IMG/VR virus record: IMGVR_UViG_3300032608_000576
Location: 1-24,512 of that record
Length of the DNA: 24,512 bases
Direction: 5' to 3' (one strand)
DNA from: a virus
Lineage: Duplodnaviria > Caudoviricetes
Program-made: the position numbers and the translations under genes
Shown here: positions 5,892 through 14,108 of the stretch, piece by piece
Position numbering within the stretch: the stretch's first letter is position 1
How the letters are laid out: the number at the start of each line of letters is the position of its first letter
The notes under the pieces: generated by a model
Told to the model about the DNA's origin: nothing
The model's database searches: none
What the model saw: only the letters and a program-made list of their open reading frames with translations

Positions 5892-7985
5892 TTGGAGGTA
5901 ACGCGCCAACTCTACGGAGCCCAGCACGACTTTGTGGCCTGTACCGAGCGTTTTACGGCGTTCATCGGCGGCATTGGCTGCGTCGCCGCCGAGACTATCG
6001 TTGAGGGCGTCCCGATTGCCGAGCGAGACTCGGCGGGGCAAGTTACGACGCTGCACGGGCCAGCGATGGCGTCGAGGGCTTTTCGGAAGGGGCGAGCTGA
6101 TCTGTATCGTGTTCAAACACAATCGGGCGCGGCGGTTGTGGTAACTGAACAGCACCGCTTCCTAACGCCAGAAGGGTGGCGTCCGCTTGCGCGCCTGTCC
6201 GCTGGGTCTTTCGTAGCTGCTGATGGAAGCGGGCATGATCATTCTGTGAGCGGAACACCACGAGGTTGGTCGGAGCGTTGTGCGTCGCGTCCTCATCCAG
6301 GTGGTGGATTATCCATCCCTGTGGGAGCGGCTGGCCAAAGCAGATTGCGGCGACCTCATAACACTGGCGGCGATAGTAGTGCAAGGTCGTTCTCTGACTC
6401 TTTCCGCCCTTCCACTGGGCATTCTTGGGGCCAGTTGCGCGCGACTCAACTAGCCCGCGGCGACTTGTACCGTGAGAGCGTAGGCGTCGGCGGATTACCT
6501 CGGGTGACACGCCATAGGCCTGGCCGAGATCAATGGTGGACTCGCCCGTCAGATAGCGGTCTGCGATCTCATCCATCGGGAGTTGATGAACAGGTAGGCG
6601 GCCCTTGCCAACTCGGATTCCCTGCGAAATCAGAATCTTGGATACGGTTGACTGGAGCATCCCGAGTTGCTGAGCAACAAGGCGCTGGTTCCCGAGTTCC
6701 TGAAAGGTGTGCACAATCAGAGCATAATCATATTGGCGGGCCCGGCCCCGATGGTTCCCGGACTTGTTCATGGCCTTATTATAGCACATTTTGGGACAGA
6801 ATAACAACTATATCCTACTCACGGCACGGTGACTTCTACGATTTGTCAGTGCCGGATGGCAACCACTACCGAGCTCATGGCTTGTGGCACCACAACAGCG
6901 GCAAGACGTATGCGGGGGCCATCAAGCTGTTGGTCCAGTGTGGCGAGAATCCAGGCCTCTACGGTGTGATCTCGCCAACCTATCCCATGCTCCGGGACGC
7001 AACGCTGAGGTCTGCCCGGGAGGTGCTGGGCCGGGGCCTTACGGGATTCAACAAGGCCGAGATGGTGGCCACGGTCCAGGGGGGCAGCGAGATCCTGTTT
7101 CGCAGCGCAGACAACCCCGAGCGACTGCGCGGGCCAAACCTGAGCGGCGTTTGGATCGACGAGGCCGCGCTATGCCATCGCCAGACGTGGGACATCCTCA
7201 TAGGCCGACTGCGCGCCGGGGGCAAGGCTGGGCCGTGCTGGATCACGACAACACCCAAGGGGCGCAATTGGCTATGGGAACGCCGCGATCAGATGCGCAT
7301 ATTCAAGGCCAGGACGCAGGACAACTGGTACCTGTCCCCCGAGTTCGTGGCCTCGCTAGAGAGGGCCTACAGCGGCGACTTTGCCCTCCAGGAGCTAGGC
7401 GGCGAGTTCGTGGCCTTCGAGGGCCTGATCTATGGCGAGTACGACCGGGACGTGCACACACAGCGCCGTAAGGCGGCAGAGTTCTCGCGCGTCGTGGTCG
7501 GGGTCGACGAGGGCTACACCAACCCAGCGGTGGCGCTGGTCATCGGGGTGGACGGTGACGGCAGGGCGCACGTGCTCGAAGAGTTCTACAAGCGCCAAGT
7601 GCGCCAAGAGACGTTCGTCACCGAGTGCGTGGGTATCCATGAGCGCTACACCGTGGAGCGGTTCTACGTGGACCCCTCGGCGGCGGGCCTGATCGGAGCG
7701 ATGGCCCACGCGGGTCTGCCCGTTATGCCGGCGAACAACGCGGTGACGGACGGCATACAAGCCGTCAAGGCGCGGCTGGCAGTGCAGGGCGATGGGCTGC
7801 CACGGCTGACGCTGGACCCAGCCTGCGCGAACACGGCGAGTGAGTTCGAGAGCTACGTCTGGGCCAAGACGCGCGATGGCCAGGCCCTCGACAAGCCGGT
7901 GAAGGACAATGATCACTCCATGGACGCCATCAGATATGTTTCAAGCGCCCTGGCACAAAAGAGACGAGGCTGGCGATCCTGGTGA
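5892..7985 (+). CDS. terL: terminase large subunit, intein-containing (391 aa after splicing)
   Basis: Walker A GGIG|SGKT restored after intein removal; LRGPNLSGVWIDEA Walker B; TTTPKG motif; nuclease domain GVDEG, YVDPS, NDHSMDAIRY. Confidence 0.95.
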   Translation: MEVTRQLYGAQHDFVACTERFTAFIGGIGCVAAETIVEGVPIAERDSAGQVTTLHGPAMASRAFRKGRADLYRVQTQSGAAVVVTEQHRFLTPEGWRPLARLSAGSFVAADGSGHDHSVSGTPRGWSERCASRPHPGGGLSIPVGAAGQSRLRRPHNTGGDSSARSFSDSFRPSTGHSWGQLRATQLARGDLYRESVGVGGLPRVTRHRPGRDQWWTRPSDSGLRSHPSGVDEQVGGPCQLGFPAKSESWIRLTGASRVAEQQGAGSRVPERCAQSEHNHIGGPGPDGSRTCSWPYYSTFWDRITTISYSRHGDFYDLSVPDGNHYRAHGLWHHNSGKTYAGAIKLLVQCGENPGLYGVISPTYPMLRDATLRSAREVLGRGLTGFNKAEMVATVQGGSEILFRSADNPERLRGPNLSGVWIDEAALCHRQTWDILIGRLRAGGKAGPCWITTTPKGRNWLWERRDQMRIFKARTQDNWYLSPEFVASLERAYSGDFALQELGGEFVAFEGLIYGEYDRDVHTQRRKAAEFSRVVVGVDEGYTNPAVALVIGVDGDGRAHVLEEFYKRQVRQETFVTECVGIHERYTVERFYVDPSAAGLIGAMAHAGLPVMPANNAVTDGIQAVKARLAVQGDGLPRLTLDPACANTASEFESYVWAKTRDGQALDKPVKDNDHSMDAIRYVSSALAQKRRGWRSW
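6043..6771 (-). CDS. HTH-containing HNH homing endonuclease encoded antisense inside the intein (242 aa)
   Basis: Two HTH-like segments (QRLVAQQLGMLQSTVSKIL; STIDLGQAYGVSPEVIRRRL), GPKNAQWKGG motif, HNH core IIHHLDEDATHNAPTNLVVF...HARFH; ATG 6771 lies just downstream of a consensus -10. Confidence 0.85.
   Translation of the reverse strand: MNKSGNHRGRARQYDYALIVHTFQELGNQRLVAQQLGMLQSTVSKILISQGIRVGKGRLPVHQLPMDEIADRYLTGESTIDLGQAYGVSPEVIRRRLRSHGTSRRGLVESRATGPKNAQWKGGKSQRTTLHYYRRQCYEVAAICFGQPLPQGWIIHHLDEDATHNAPTNLVVFRSQNDHARFHQQLRKTQRTGAQADATLLALGSGAVQLPQPPRPIVFEHDTDQLAPSEKPSTPSLARAAS
6778..6807 (-). promoter_or_regulatory. sigma70-type promoter for the antisense HNH gene (probably leaderless)
   Basis: Minus strand reads TTGTTA (6807-6802), 18-nt spacer ending in TGC, TATAAT (6783-6778), AAGGCC, ATG (6771). 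Confidence 0.75.
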
Positions 7986-10330
7986 ACATCATCCAACGCC
8001 TGGGGCGGGCATACAAGGCCGCTAGCGCGGCCATGCGCTGGCCGGGGGCGGGGTCCTTTGCTTCGTGGATCATGCCGCGGAGCGACATCGACTATCAGAC
8101 CGAGGTGGGCACGGGGCGCAAGTCGTCCGTGGTCATGGCCTGCGTGGGCTGGGTGATGCGGACGTTCCCCGAGGCGCCGGTGCAGGTACTCAGGCGCAAC
8201 GCTGAGGGGGCCATGGAGGCCGTGGAGCAGCACAAGCTGCTGGCCCTCCTGGAGAGGCCGAACCCGTACTATCCTGGCGAGTTGCTGTGGCAGGCCACGA
8301 TGGGCGACCTGGAGACCATGGGCAACGCCTACTGGCGCAAGATTCGCAACGGCTACGGCGCGCCCGTGCAGTTGTGGTGGATGCCCCAGGCCACGACGGA
8401 GCCCCGTTGGTCACAGCATGGCACCGACTATATCTCGCACTATGACTATACCGTAGACGGCCAAACGGAGCACCTGGCGCCCGAGGACGTGGTGCACTTT
8501 CGATGGGGCCTGGACCCCGAGAACGTGCGCAAGGGCCTGGCCCCGCTGCAGTCGCTGTGGCGCGAGGTGTTTACCGATGACGAGGCGGCGGCGTTCAGCG
8601 CCGCGCTGTTGAAAAACATGGGCGTGCCGGGGGTGATCCTGAGCCCGAGCGGCGCGGACCTGGGCACACCCGGGCCAAACCCTGACGAGCAGGACGCGAT
8701 CAAGGAGAACTTTAGGCAAAAGTTCACCGGGGACAAGCGCGGCGAGCCGCTGGTCATGGAACAGCCGATGAATATGCAGATCGTGTCGCTGTCGCCGCAG
8801 CAGATGGACCTGGGCCAGCTGCGCGAGATCCCTGAGGAGCGCGTCTGTGCCGTCATGGGCATCCCGGCGGCGGTTGTGGGGCTGGGCACGGGCATGCAGC
8901 AGACCAAGGTCGGGGCCACGCTGCGCGAGCTGCGCGAGCTGGCCTACGAGTCACACATCATTCCGATGCAGCGCCTTACGGGGGGGCAGGTCGAGTCGCA
9001 GCTGCTGGTAGACTTTGAGGACCCGGCCAAGGCGGCGATCGGCTTTGACGACAGCAAGGTACGCGTACTGCAGGAGGACGAAGACGCCAAGTGGACGCGC
9101 ACGGACACAGCGGTGCGCGGCGGCTGGATGACCATTCTGCGTGCCAAGGAAATCGTGGGCGAGACGCCCGAGGACGGCGACAACATCTACCTGCGGCCGA
9201 TCAACGTGGTGGAGGTGGGACCTGACGCCCCCGAGCCGGAGCTTACAGAGCCGACCAGCGACCAGGGCGAGATCGCCCCCGGGGACTTACGCGGCGAGGA
9301 AGAGGACGAAGAGCCAGACGATGACGGCGAGGACGAAGGCGAAAAAGCAGCGAAGTCGCCCGGAAGGGGGGCGGCGGGCGCCGAGACGGCGCGCCCTTTT
9401 GAGGGCGCCGCGACCAAGACGCTGTGCTCGGATGAGCGCATCTGGGCCGGCAAGGCCCGGTACCCAGACGAGACCAAGGCCAGCAACGCGGATCGCATCT
9501 ACCTGCAGCGTACCGAGCGCGAGGCGCGGAGTCTGGCCAAGCGATTCCAGATGGACGTCAGCCGGGCGCTGGTCAAGCTGGCTGACGCCGTAGAGATCAC
9601 GGTGCGCGAGGCGGCAAAGGAGGCCGTCCCGAAGCCTGACCCAGACGAGGCCTGGGCTACCAGCATGACCCTGGACGGCGGCGAGGTGGTCACGGTCGAG
9701 GTGCCCGAGGAGCTACTGGAGCAAGCGGGGCTGCGCACGCTGTACGAGGCCAACTATGAGCAGATCATCAACACGACGCTGGGCACGGTAGCGCAACGGC
9801 TAGCCATGCCGGTCAACGTGATGCTGCCCGACCCCGTGGCCCGGGACATGATCCGGCAGGGCGGCCAGAGGATCACGCGCATCGGGGATCAGACGCGGCG
9901 GGCCATCACCGGGGCACTGGCCGACGGGCGCATCGCCGGCGACGGAGCCAAGGCCCTAGAGAGACGCATCCGGTCCTATGTCGAAGGTCGGCACATGTAT
10001 CCCGGCATCTTTGCGCGCGCCGAGGCAGCCGGGCGAGACGGCGACAGGGCAGCGCGGATGTACCGCGGGGAGACCATTGCCAGGACAGAGACCAAGAGGG
10101 CGCAGAACCTGAGCGCGATCAAGAGCTTTCAGGGGAACGCGCAGTGTTCGGGGATCAGGGTGTGGGACGGCGAGGGTTGCGGCTGGACGTTCCACGATGA
10201 CCCGCTGGTGGCCAACGGGCGGCTGGTGAGCTTCCAGGAGGCCGCGGACCAGCCATTGTCGCACCCGCGCTGCGTGCGGTCGATGGGGCCGGTGGTCAAG
10301 GGCGAGGGGCCGGTGGCGCCCGCCCCATGA
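7982..10330 (+). CDS. HK97-family portal protein fused to a Mu gpF/SPP1 gp7-like head morphogenesis domain
   Basis: Portal motifs LLERPNPY, GNAYW, EDVVHFR, GLAPL, GVPGVIL in about aa 1-410; acidic linker; C-terminal RGETIARTET...HPRCVRS. Confidence 0.9.
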   Translation: MNIIQRLGRAYKAASAAMRWPGAGSFASWIMPRSDIDYQTEVGTGRKSSVVMACVGWVMRTFPEAPVQVLRRNAEGAMEAVEQHKLLALLERPNPYYPGELLWQATMGDLETMGNAYWRKIRNGYGAPVQLWWMPQATTEPRWSQHGTDYISHYDYTVDGQTEHLAPEDVVHFRWGLDPENVRKGLAPLQSLWREVFTDDEAAAFSAALLKNMGVPGVILSPSGADLGTPGPNPDEQDAIKENFRQKFTGDKRGEPLVMEQPMNMQIVSLSPQQMDLGQLREIPEERVCAVMGIPAAVVGLGTGMQQTKVGATLRELRELAYESHIIPMQRLTGGQVESQLLVDFEDPAKAAIGFDDSKVRVLQEDEDAKWTRTDTAVRGGWMTILRAKEIVGETPEDGDNIYLRPINVVEVGPDAPEPELTEPTSDQGEIAPGDLRGEEEDEEPDDDGEDEGEKAAKSPGRGAAGAETARPFEGAATKTLCSDERIWAGKARYPDETKASNADRIYLQRTEREARSLAKRFQMDVSRALVKLADAVEITVREAAKEAVPKPDPDEAWATSMTLDGGEVVTVEVPEELLEQAGLRTLYEANYEQIINTTLGTVAQRLAMPVNVMLPDPVARDMIRQGGQRITRIGDQTRRAITGALADGRIAGDGAKALERRIRSYVEGRHMYPGIFARAEAAGRDGDRAARMYRGETIARTETKRAQNLSAIKSFQGNAQCSGIRVWDGEGCGWTFHDDPLVANGRLVSFQEAADQPLSHPRCVRSMGPVVKGEGPVAPAP

Positions 10331-10440
10331 CCCTGCACAGCATCCTGGGTCTAGCCATGGTCCTGGCTATGGTGGCGTTCTGCTGGCTGTGCGGCGAGGC
10401 GTGGTTCATAAGCTGGTGGCTGAGTCTGGGAGGGGGATAG
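10327..10440 (+). CDS. 37-aa hydrophobic peptide
   Basis: ATGA overlap with portal stop; MTLHSILGLAMVLAMVAFCWLCGEAWFISWWLSLGGG. Confidence 0.45.
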   Translation: MTLHSILGLAMVLAMVAFCWLCGEAWFISWWLSLGGG

Positions 10441-10441
10441 G

Positions 10442-10660
10442 ATGACGCTCTGTAGCAGTGCAGCCTTTACGACAGCGGTGACCAAGGCGCTTGGCATCAA
10501 GGCGCCCGTATACCATTTGGTGATCGAGGCCAGGGTCGGCGACGTTGTGAGGGTCTATGTGTCGCTGTACGGCACGCGGGACTTGATCGAGGTGACAGAG
10601 GGGCTAGACGGTGCAGAGGTGACGATCTTGGGTGGTGCCGACGAGGTCGCCGATGCCTGA
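10442..10660 (+). CDS. hypothetical protein (72 aa)
   Basis: GGAGGGG upstream; tiles with neighbours. Confidence 0.55.
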   Translation: MTLCSSAAFTTAVTKALGIKAPVYHLVIEARVGDVVRVYVSLYGTRDLIEVTEGLDGAEVTILGGADEVADA

Positions 10661-10781
10661 GCTGTGGAGCTGTATGGGGCTGGTGTTGGGGGTAGCGTTG
10701 CTCATGTGGATCATTAACGAGCTGGGCGAGCGCAGTAGCCGGCGCTTTATGCGTCGGTGGCAGGACCCCTTCGATGACTGA
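10653..10781 (+). CDS. 42-aa single-TM peptide
   Basis: GAGGT upstream; MPELWSCMGLVLGVALLMWIINELGERSSRRFMRRWQDPFDD; 8-nt overlaps with both neighbours. Confidence 0.45.
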   Translation: MPELWSCMGLVLGVALLMWIINELGERSSRRFMRRWQDPFDD

Positions 10782-11136
10782 CCTGTGGGGGCTGTGGGGG
10801 ACGTGGGGAATAGGCGGAGACGACGAAGAGCCTATGTGGTGCAGCGACGGTGATTCGGCCGTGTTTGCATTGCCGAGGCCATTGGCCATGGCGCAAAAAG
10901 TCTACTGGGAGCACCTGTATCCAGATTGTCATTGGTGCGTCGCCCGCATCGGGGACGACGGCCTGCCCAAGCCAGGCGCCGACCCCGAGCATGCCGTGGT
11001 GGGGGATCTCGTCTGCGTCGGGACCGACGAGGCTGGCGATGACTGGATGCCGCTCGAGGCGGCAGAGTACGACGACTTGGCCGCGTACCTGGCGACGCGC
11101 AAGCCTGGCGACCAGGTGGGCGATTATGCGTGGTAA
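10774..11136 (+). CDS. hypothetical acidic, Trp-rich protein (120 aa)
   Basis: ORF track; GC-rich third codon positions; tiles with neighbours. Confidence 0.6.
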   Translation: MTDLWGLWGTWGIGGDDEEPMWCSDGDSAVFALPRPLAMAQKVYWEHLYPDCHWCVARIGDDGLPKPGADPEHAVVGDLVCVGTDEAGDDWMPLEAAEYDDLAAYLATRKPGDQVGDYAW

Positions 11137-11152
11137 TGCAGGAGAATAGACG

Positions 11153-11407
11153 ATGCCGGACAACGAAGATGCCGGGGTGTACGATTCGCAGGACGACGCG
11201 GAAGAGGAAGAGGGGCCCGGGGCAGAGCCTGAGGTCGTAGAGACCTCGCCATCCGAGGTGGACGACTGTGACGGTGCCGCGATGGACGCCGCGCGTCAGG
11301 GCGACGTGGTGGGGATCTGGGAGCTGCACCTGGTGCTCAACGGATACAAGCTCTGGCGCCGCATTGGCGACAAGGGCAACGTGATGCGGCGGGAGACCGG
11401 TGGCTGA
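11153..11407 (+). CDS. hypothetical acidic protein (84 aa)
   Basis: AGGAG upstream of the ATG. Confidence 0.55.
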   Translation: MPDNEDAGVYDSQDDAEEEEGPGAEPEVVETSPSEVDDCDGAAMDAARQGDVVGIWELHLVLNGYKLWRRIGDKGNVMRRETGG

Positions 11408-11442
11408 CGGTAGGTCGGTGTAGGATGTGTGAGGAGGGGGAC

Positions 11443-11742
11443 ATGAGGGGCTACGTCTGCGTGGACGATGGTTCGGTGTGGGTCAAGGACGAGCCGCCGG
11501 AGTACAAGGACATTGATGCGTACCTGCATGGGCGCGTCATCGGATCACGCATAGGGGACTGGGAACTTGAGCTCTATCGCTGGGGCTGTGAGGCCGACGC
11601 GGGGTATGTCAGGCAGATATGGCGCCATACGCAGGATGGGCGCAAGGTTACTCACTCGCTGGCGGCTCCCAAGCAAGGATGGCCCAAAACGCCTTTCGGA
11701 TGTCCGGTGCGCACGTGGGGTTGGCAGGGTGCCGGTGGCTGA
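11443..11742 (+). CDS. hypothetical protein (99 aa)
   Basis: GAGGAGGGG before ATG 11443, in frame with ORF 11425..11742. Confidence 0.6.
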   Translation: MRGYVCVDDGSVWVKDEPPEYKDIDAYLHGRVIGSRIGDWELELYRWGCEADAGYVRQIWRHTQDGRKVTHSLAAPKQGWPKTPFGCPVRTWGWQGAGG

Positions 11743-11842
11743 CCGGCTTTCCGACGCGACGCTGCGCGAGTTCATGCTCGTGCTGCGTCAGGCCATGTTG
11801 CTCGTTGTGGGGTGGATTAACAAGAGGTACGGCTTGAGGTAA
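11735..11842 (+). CDS. 35-aa amphipathic peptide preceding a structured leader
   Basis: GTG 11735 overlaps upstream stop; MADRLSDATLREFMLVLRQAMLLVVGWINKRYGLR. Confidence 0.5.
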   Translation: MADRLSDATLREFMLVLRQAMLLVVGWINKRYGLR

Positions 11843-11936
11843 TCGACAGCCATTATCTGACAACATCATAGGCAGTGCGGTCAAGGCGAGTGCGCTCGCC
11901 CACCGCCCCGCCCCGTTTCCTGGGCAGTGCCCCTCG

Positions 11937-11964
11937 GCCCCGCTCAGTAGGCGGGGCTTTTTTT
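11937..11964 (+). terminator. intrinsic terminator just upstream of the protease RBS
   Basis: GCCCCGC-TCAGTAG-GCGGGGC followed by T7. Confidence 0.75.
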
Positions 11965-11982
11965 GTGACAAGGAGACGACAC

Positions 11983-12768
11983 ATGCCAGAAGCACAGATT
12001 AAGCAGTTCAAGGCCCTGGTGGACTTGCCAGACGCGGACGACAACACGCCCGAGGGCACCATAGTGGCCCGCTTCAGCGTGTTCAACGTGCGCGACGAAG
12101 AGGACGACGTGGTCTTGCCCTCCTTCTTCGTCGAGGGGCAAGAGATGGCCATGGCGGCGTGGGGGCATGACTGGGGGTCTCTGCCGCCGGCGAAGGGAAA
12201 CATCCACGTTGACGCTGAGGGCGCGACGTTCACCGGGCGCTTTTTCATGGACACCGATAGCGGCGTCCAGCACTACCGGACGGTGAAAAACATGGGCCCC
12301 CTCCAGCAGTGGTCCTTTGGTTTCCGCGTGACAGAAGCCAAGGACGACGAATGGACGGACGGCAAGCCTGCGCGGTTGCTGGTCCACGGTGAGACCTACG
12401 AGGTCTCGCCGGTGCTACTCGGGGCCAACCAACAGACGCGCACCGAGTACGTGAAGGGGCGCAGCGAACCGATGACCTACGCAGATGAGGCAACGAAGGC
12501 GCTTGCTACCTTTGCTGCACTCATCGAGCGCACCAAGGCGCTTACTGCCTTGCGCGCTGAAGACGGTCGTCAGCTGACCGACGCCCACCGCGGCTACATC
12601 GCCGAGATGAAGAGGGATCTGGACATCCTCGAAGCCCTGGCCGAGCCGGCACCGGAGCCAGAAGAGCCCGAGGCCGCGCCCGAGCCCGAGGACTATGACC
12701 CCGAATCGGCACAGCTGCACACGGCGTTTCTGAGCATTCTGAGCAACTACGCAGAACAGGAGCTATAG
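11983..12768 (+). CDS. HK97-family prohead protease
   Basis: AAGGAG then ATG 11983; WGHDW, QWSFGF, YEVSPVLLGAN motifs; directly before the MCP. Confidence 0.9.
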   Translation: MPEAQIKQFKALVDLPDADDNTPEGTIVARFSVFNVRDEEDDVVLPSFFVEGQEMAMAAWGHDWGSLPPAKGNIHVDAEGATFTGRFFMDTDSGVQHYRTVKNMGPLQQWSFGFRVTEAKDDEWTDGKPARLLVHGETYEVSPVLLGANQQTRTEYVKGRSEPMTYADEATKALATFAALIERTKALTALRAEDGRQLTDAHRGYIAEMKRDLDILEALAEPAPEPEEPEAAPEPEDYDPESAQLHTAFLSILSNYAEQEL

Positions 12769-12770
12769 AC

Positions 12771-14084
12771 ATGGGAGCGACACTGAGAGAGATGCGGAAG
12801 ACGCTGGAGGCCAAGCAGAACCGGCTCCAGGCGATCTTTGACCAGGCCACGGCGAACAGCGAGGTCGACACAGCTGATGGGGCCAAGGGCCAGAAGCGAT
12901 ACGACTGGGACGCGGTGAAGGAGTTTGAGAACCTGGCCGACGGCGCGGCCAAGATGAAAGAGGTCAAGCGCCTCAACCTGGAGCTCAACGATCTAGCCGA
13001 TGAGGCCAAGGGCCTGGCCGAGGTTGAGGCTGCGGACCGCAACGTCAGGCGCATAGGCGAGGACATGGACAAGCCTGACGCTGGGCACGCCCTGCCCCGA
13101 AACCAGCCCGGCGACGTGGAGCCGAAGAGCCTGGGCGAGCTGTTCACCGACAGCAAGTCCTATCAGGATTGGACGCAGCAGGAAAAGGGCGCGGAGTACG
13201 AGCTAAAGGGCGTCGATCCTCGGCCTTTACTGCAGACCAAGACCCTGTTTCAGACGAGCGACGGCTGGGCGCCCGAGACGACCCGCACCGGCAAGGTAAT
13301 CGGCGCTGCGACGGCGCAGCCCGTGCTGATGGACGGGATTCCACGCAACACGACCAGCCAGGCCGCCGTGGTCTTTATGTACGAGGACACCTTCACCAAC
13401 GCCGCCGCCGAGGCCTCGGAAGGCGAGGCGTTCGGCGAGGCTGCGATCGGCCTGACCGAGCAGTCGCTGACCATCCGCAAAGTGGCCACGTTTCTGCCGA
13501 TGACCGACGAGCAGCTAGAGGACGTGACCTACGCGCAACGGTACGTCACCAGCCGACTCACCCTGATGATGAACCAAAGGGCAGAGCAGCAGGTGCTGGT
13601 CGGCGATGGCAATGCGCCCAACATGCTGGGTGTGCTGAACTGGAACGTGGGGCAGTCGTCCATCCAGACACAGGCCCTGGGCACTGACAATGTACCTGAC
13701 GCGGTGCACAAGGCTATGACGCTGGCGCGCGTCACCGGGCGAGCGGAGCCGAGCTTGGCCGTGTTCCATCCGAACGACTGGCAGACCGTCAAGCTGCTTC
13801 GGGACGGCGAGGACCGCTACCTCTACGGCGGCCCGGCCGATCCTGGGCCAAACCGCATTTGGGGTCTGCCCGTGATCCAGACGACCTATGAGACAGAGAA
13901 CACCGGGCTGGTCGGCGACTGGGCCGGGTACTCTGAGTTCGTGATGAAGGCGGGGATCACGTTCAAGATCAGCGACTCGCACGATGACTACTTTACCAAG
14001 GGCAAGCAGGCTTTGCGCTGCACGTTCCGTGCTGTGCTGGTGATCTACCGCGGCTACGCGTTCGCCAAGATCACAGGAATCTGA
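12771..14084 (+). CDS. HK97-family major capsid protein
   Basis: N-terminal coiled-coil delta-like region, IRKVATFLPMTDEQLED, QVLVGDG, FHPNDW, RIWGLPVI, LVGDW, AFAKITGI. Confidence 0.93.
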   Translation: MGATLREMRKTLEAKQNRLQAIFDQATANSEVDTADGAKGQKRYDWDAVKEFENLADGAAKMKEVKRLNLELNDLADEAKGLAEVEAADRNVRRIGEDMDKPDAGHALPRNQPGDVEPKSLGELFTDSKSYQDWTQQEKGAEYELKGVDPRPLLQTKTLFQTSDGWAPETTRTGKVIGAATAQPVLMDGIPRNTTSQAAVVFMYEDTFTNAAAEASEGEAFGEAAIGLTEQSLTIRKVATFLPMTDEQLEDVTYAQRYVTSRLTLMMNQRAEQQVLVGDGNAPNMLGVLNWNVGQSSIQTQALGTDNVPDAVHKAMTLARVTGRAEPSLAVFHPNDWQTVKLLRDGEDRYLYGGPADPGPNRIWGLPVIQTTYETENTGLVGDWAGYSEFVMKAGITFKISDSHDDYFTKGKQALRCTFRAVLVIYRGYAFAKITGI

Positions 14085-14108
14085 GCAGCAGGAGATAGGA
14101 GGCATGAA

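Larger units (their letters stand above)
5979..6896 (+). mobile_element. class 1 intein (306 aa) in the TerL P-loop
   Basis: Cys1 CVAAETIV (block A), VVVTEQHRFLT (block B TxxH), FYDLSVPDGNHY (block F), LWHHN followed by Ser+1 (block G). Confidence 0.93.

Noticed and set aside
5880-5900. terS and terL in the same frame separated by a single TGA (possible read-through fusion or recoded TGA)
   Set aside because: terL has its own AGGA and TTG start; TGA is used as a normal stop throughout, including many ATGA/GTGA overlaps; in-frame adjacency occurs one time in three by chance
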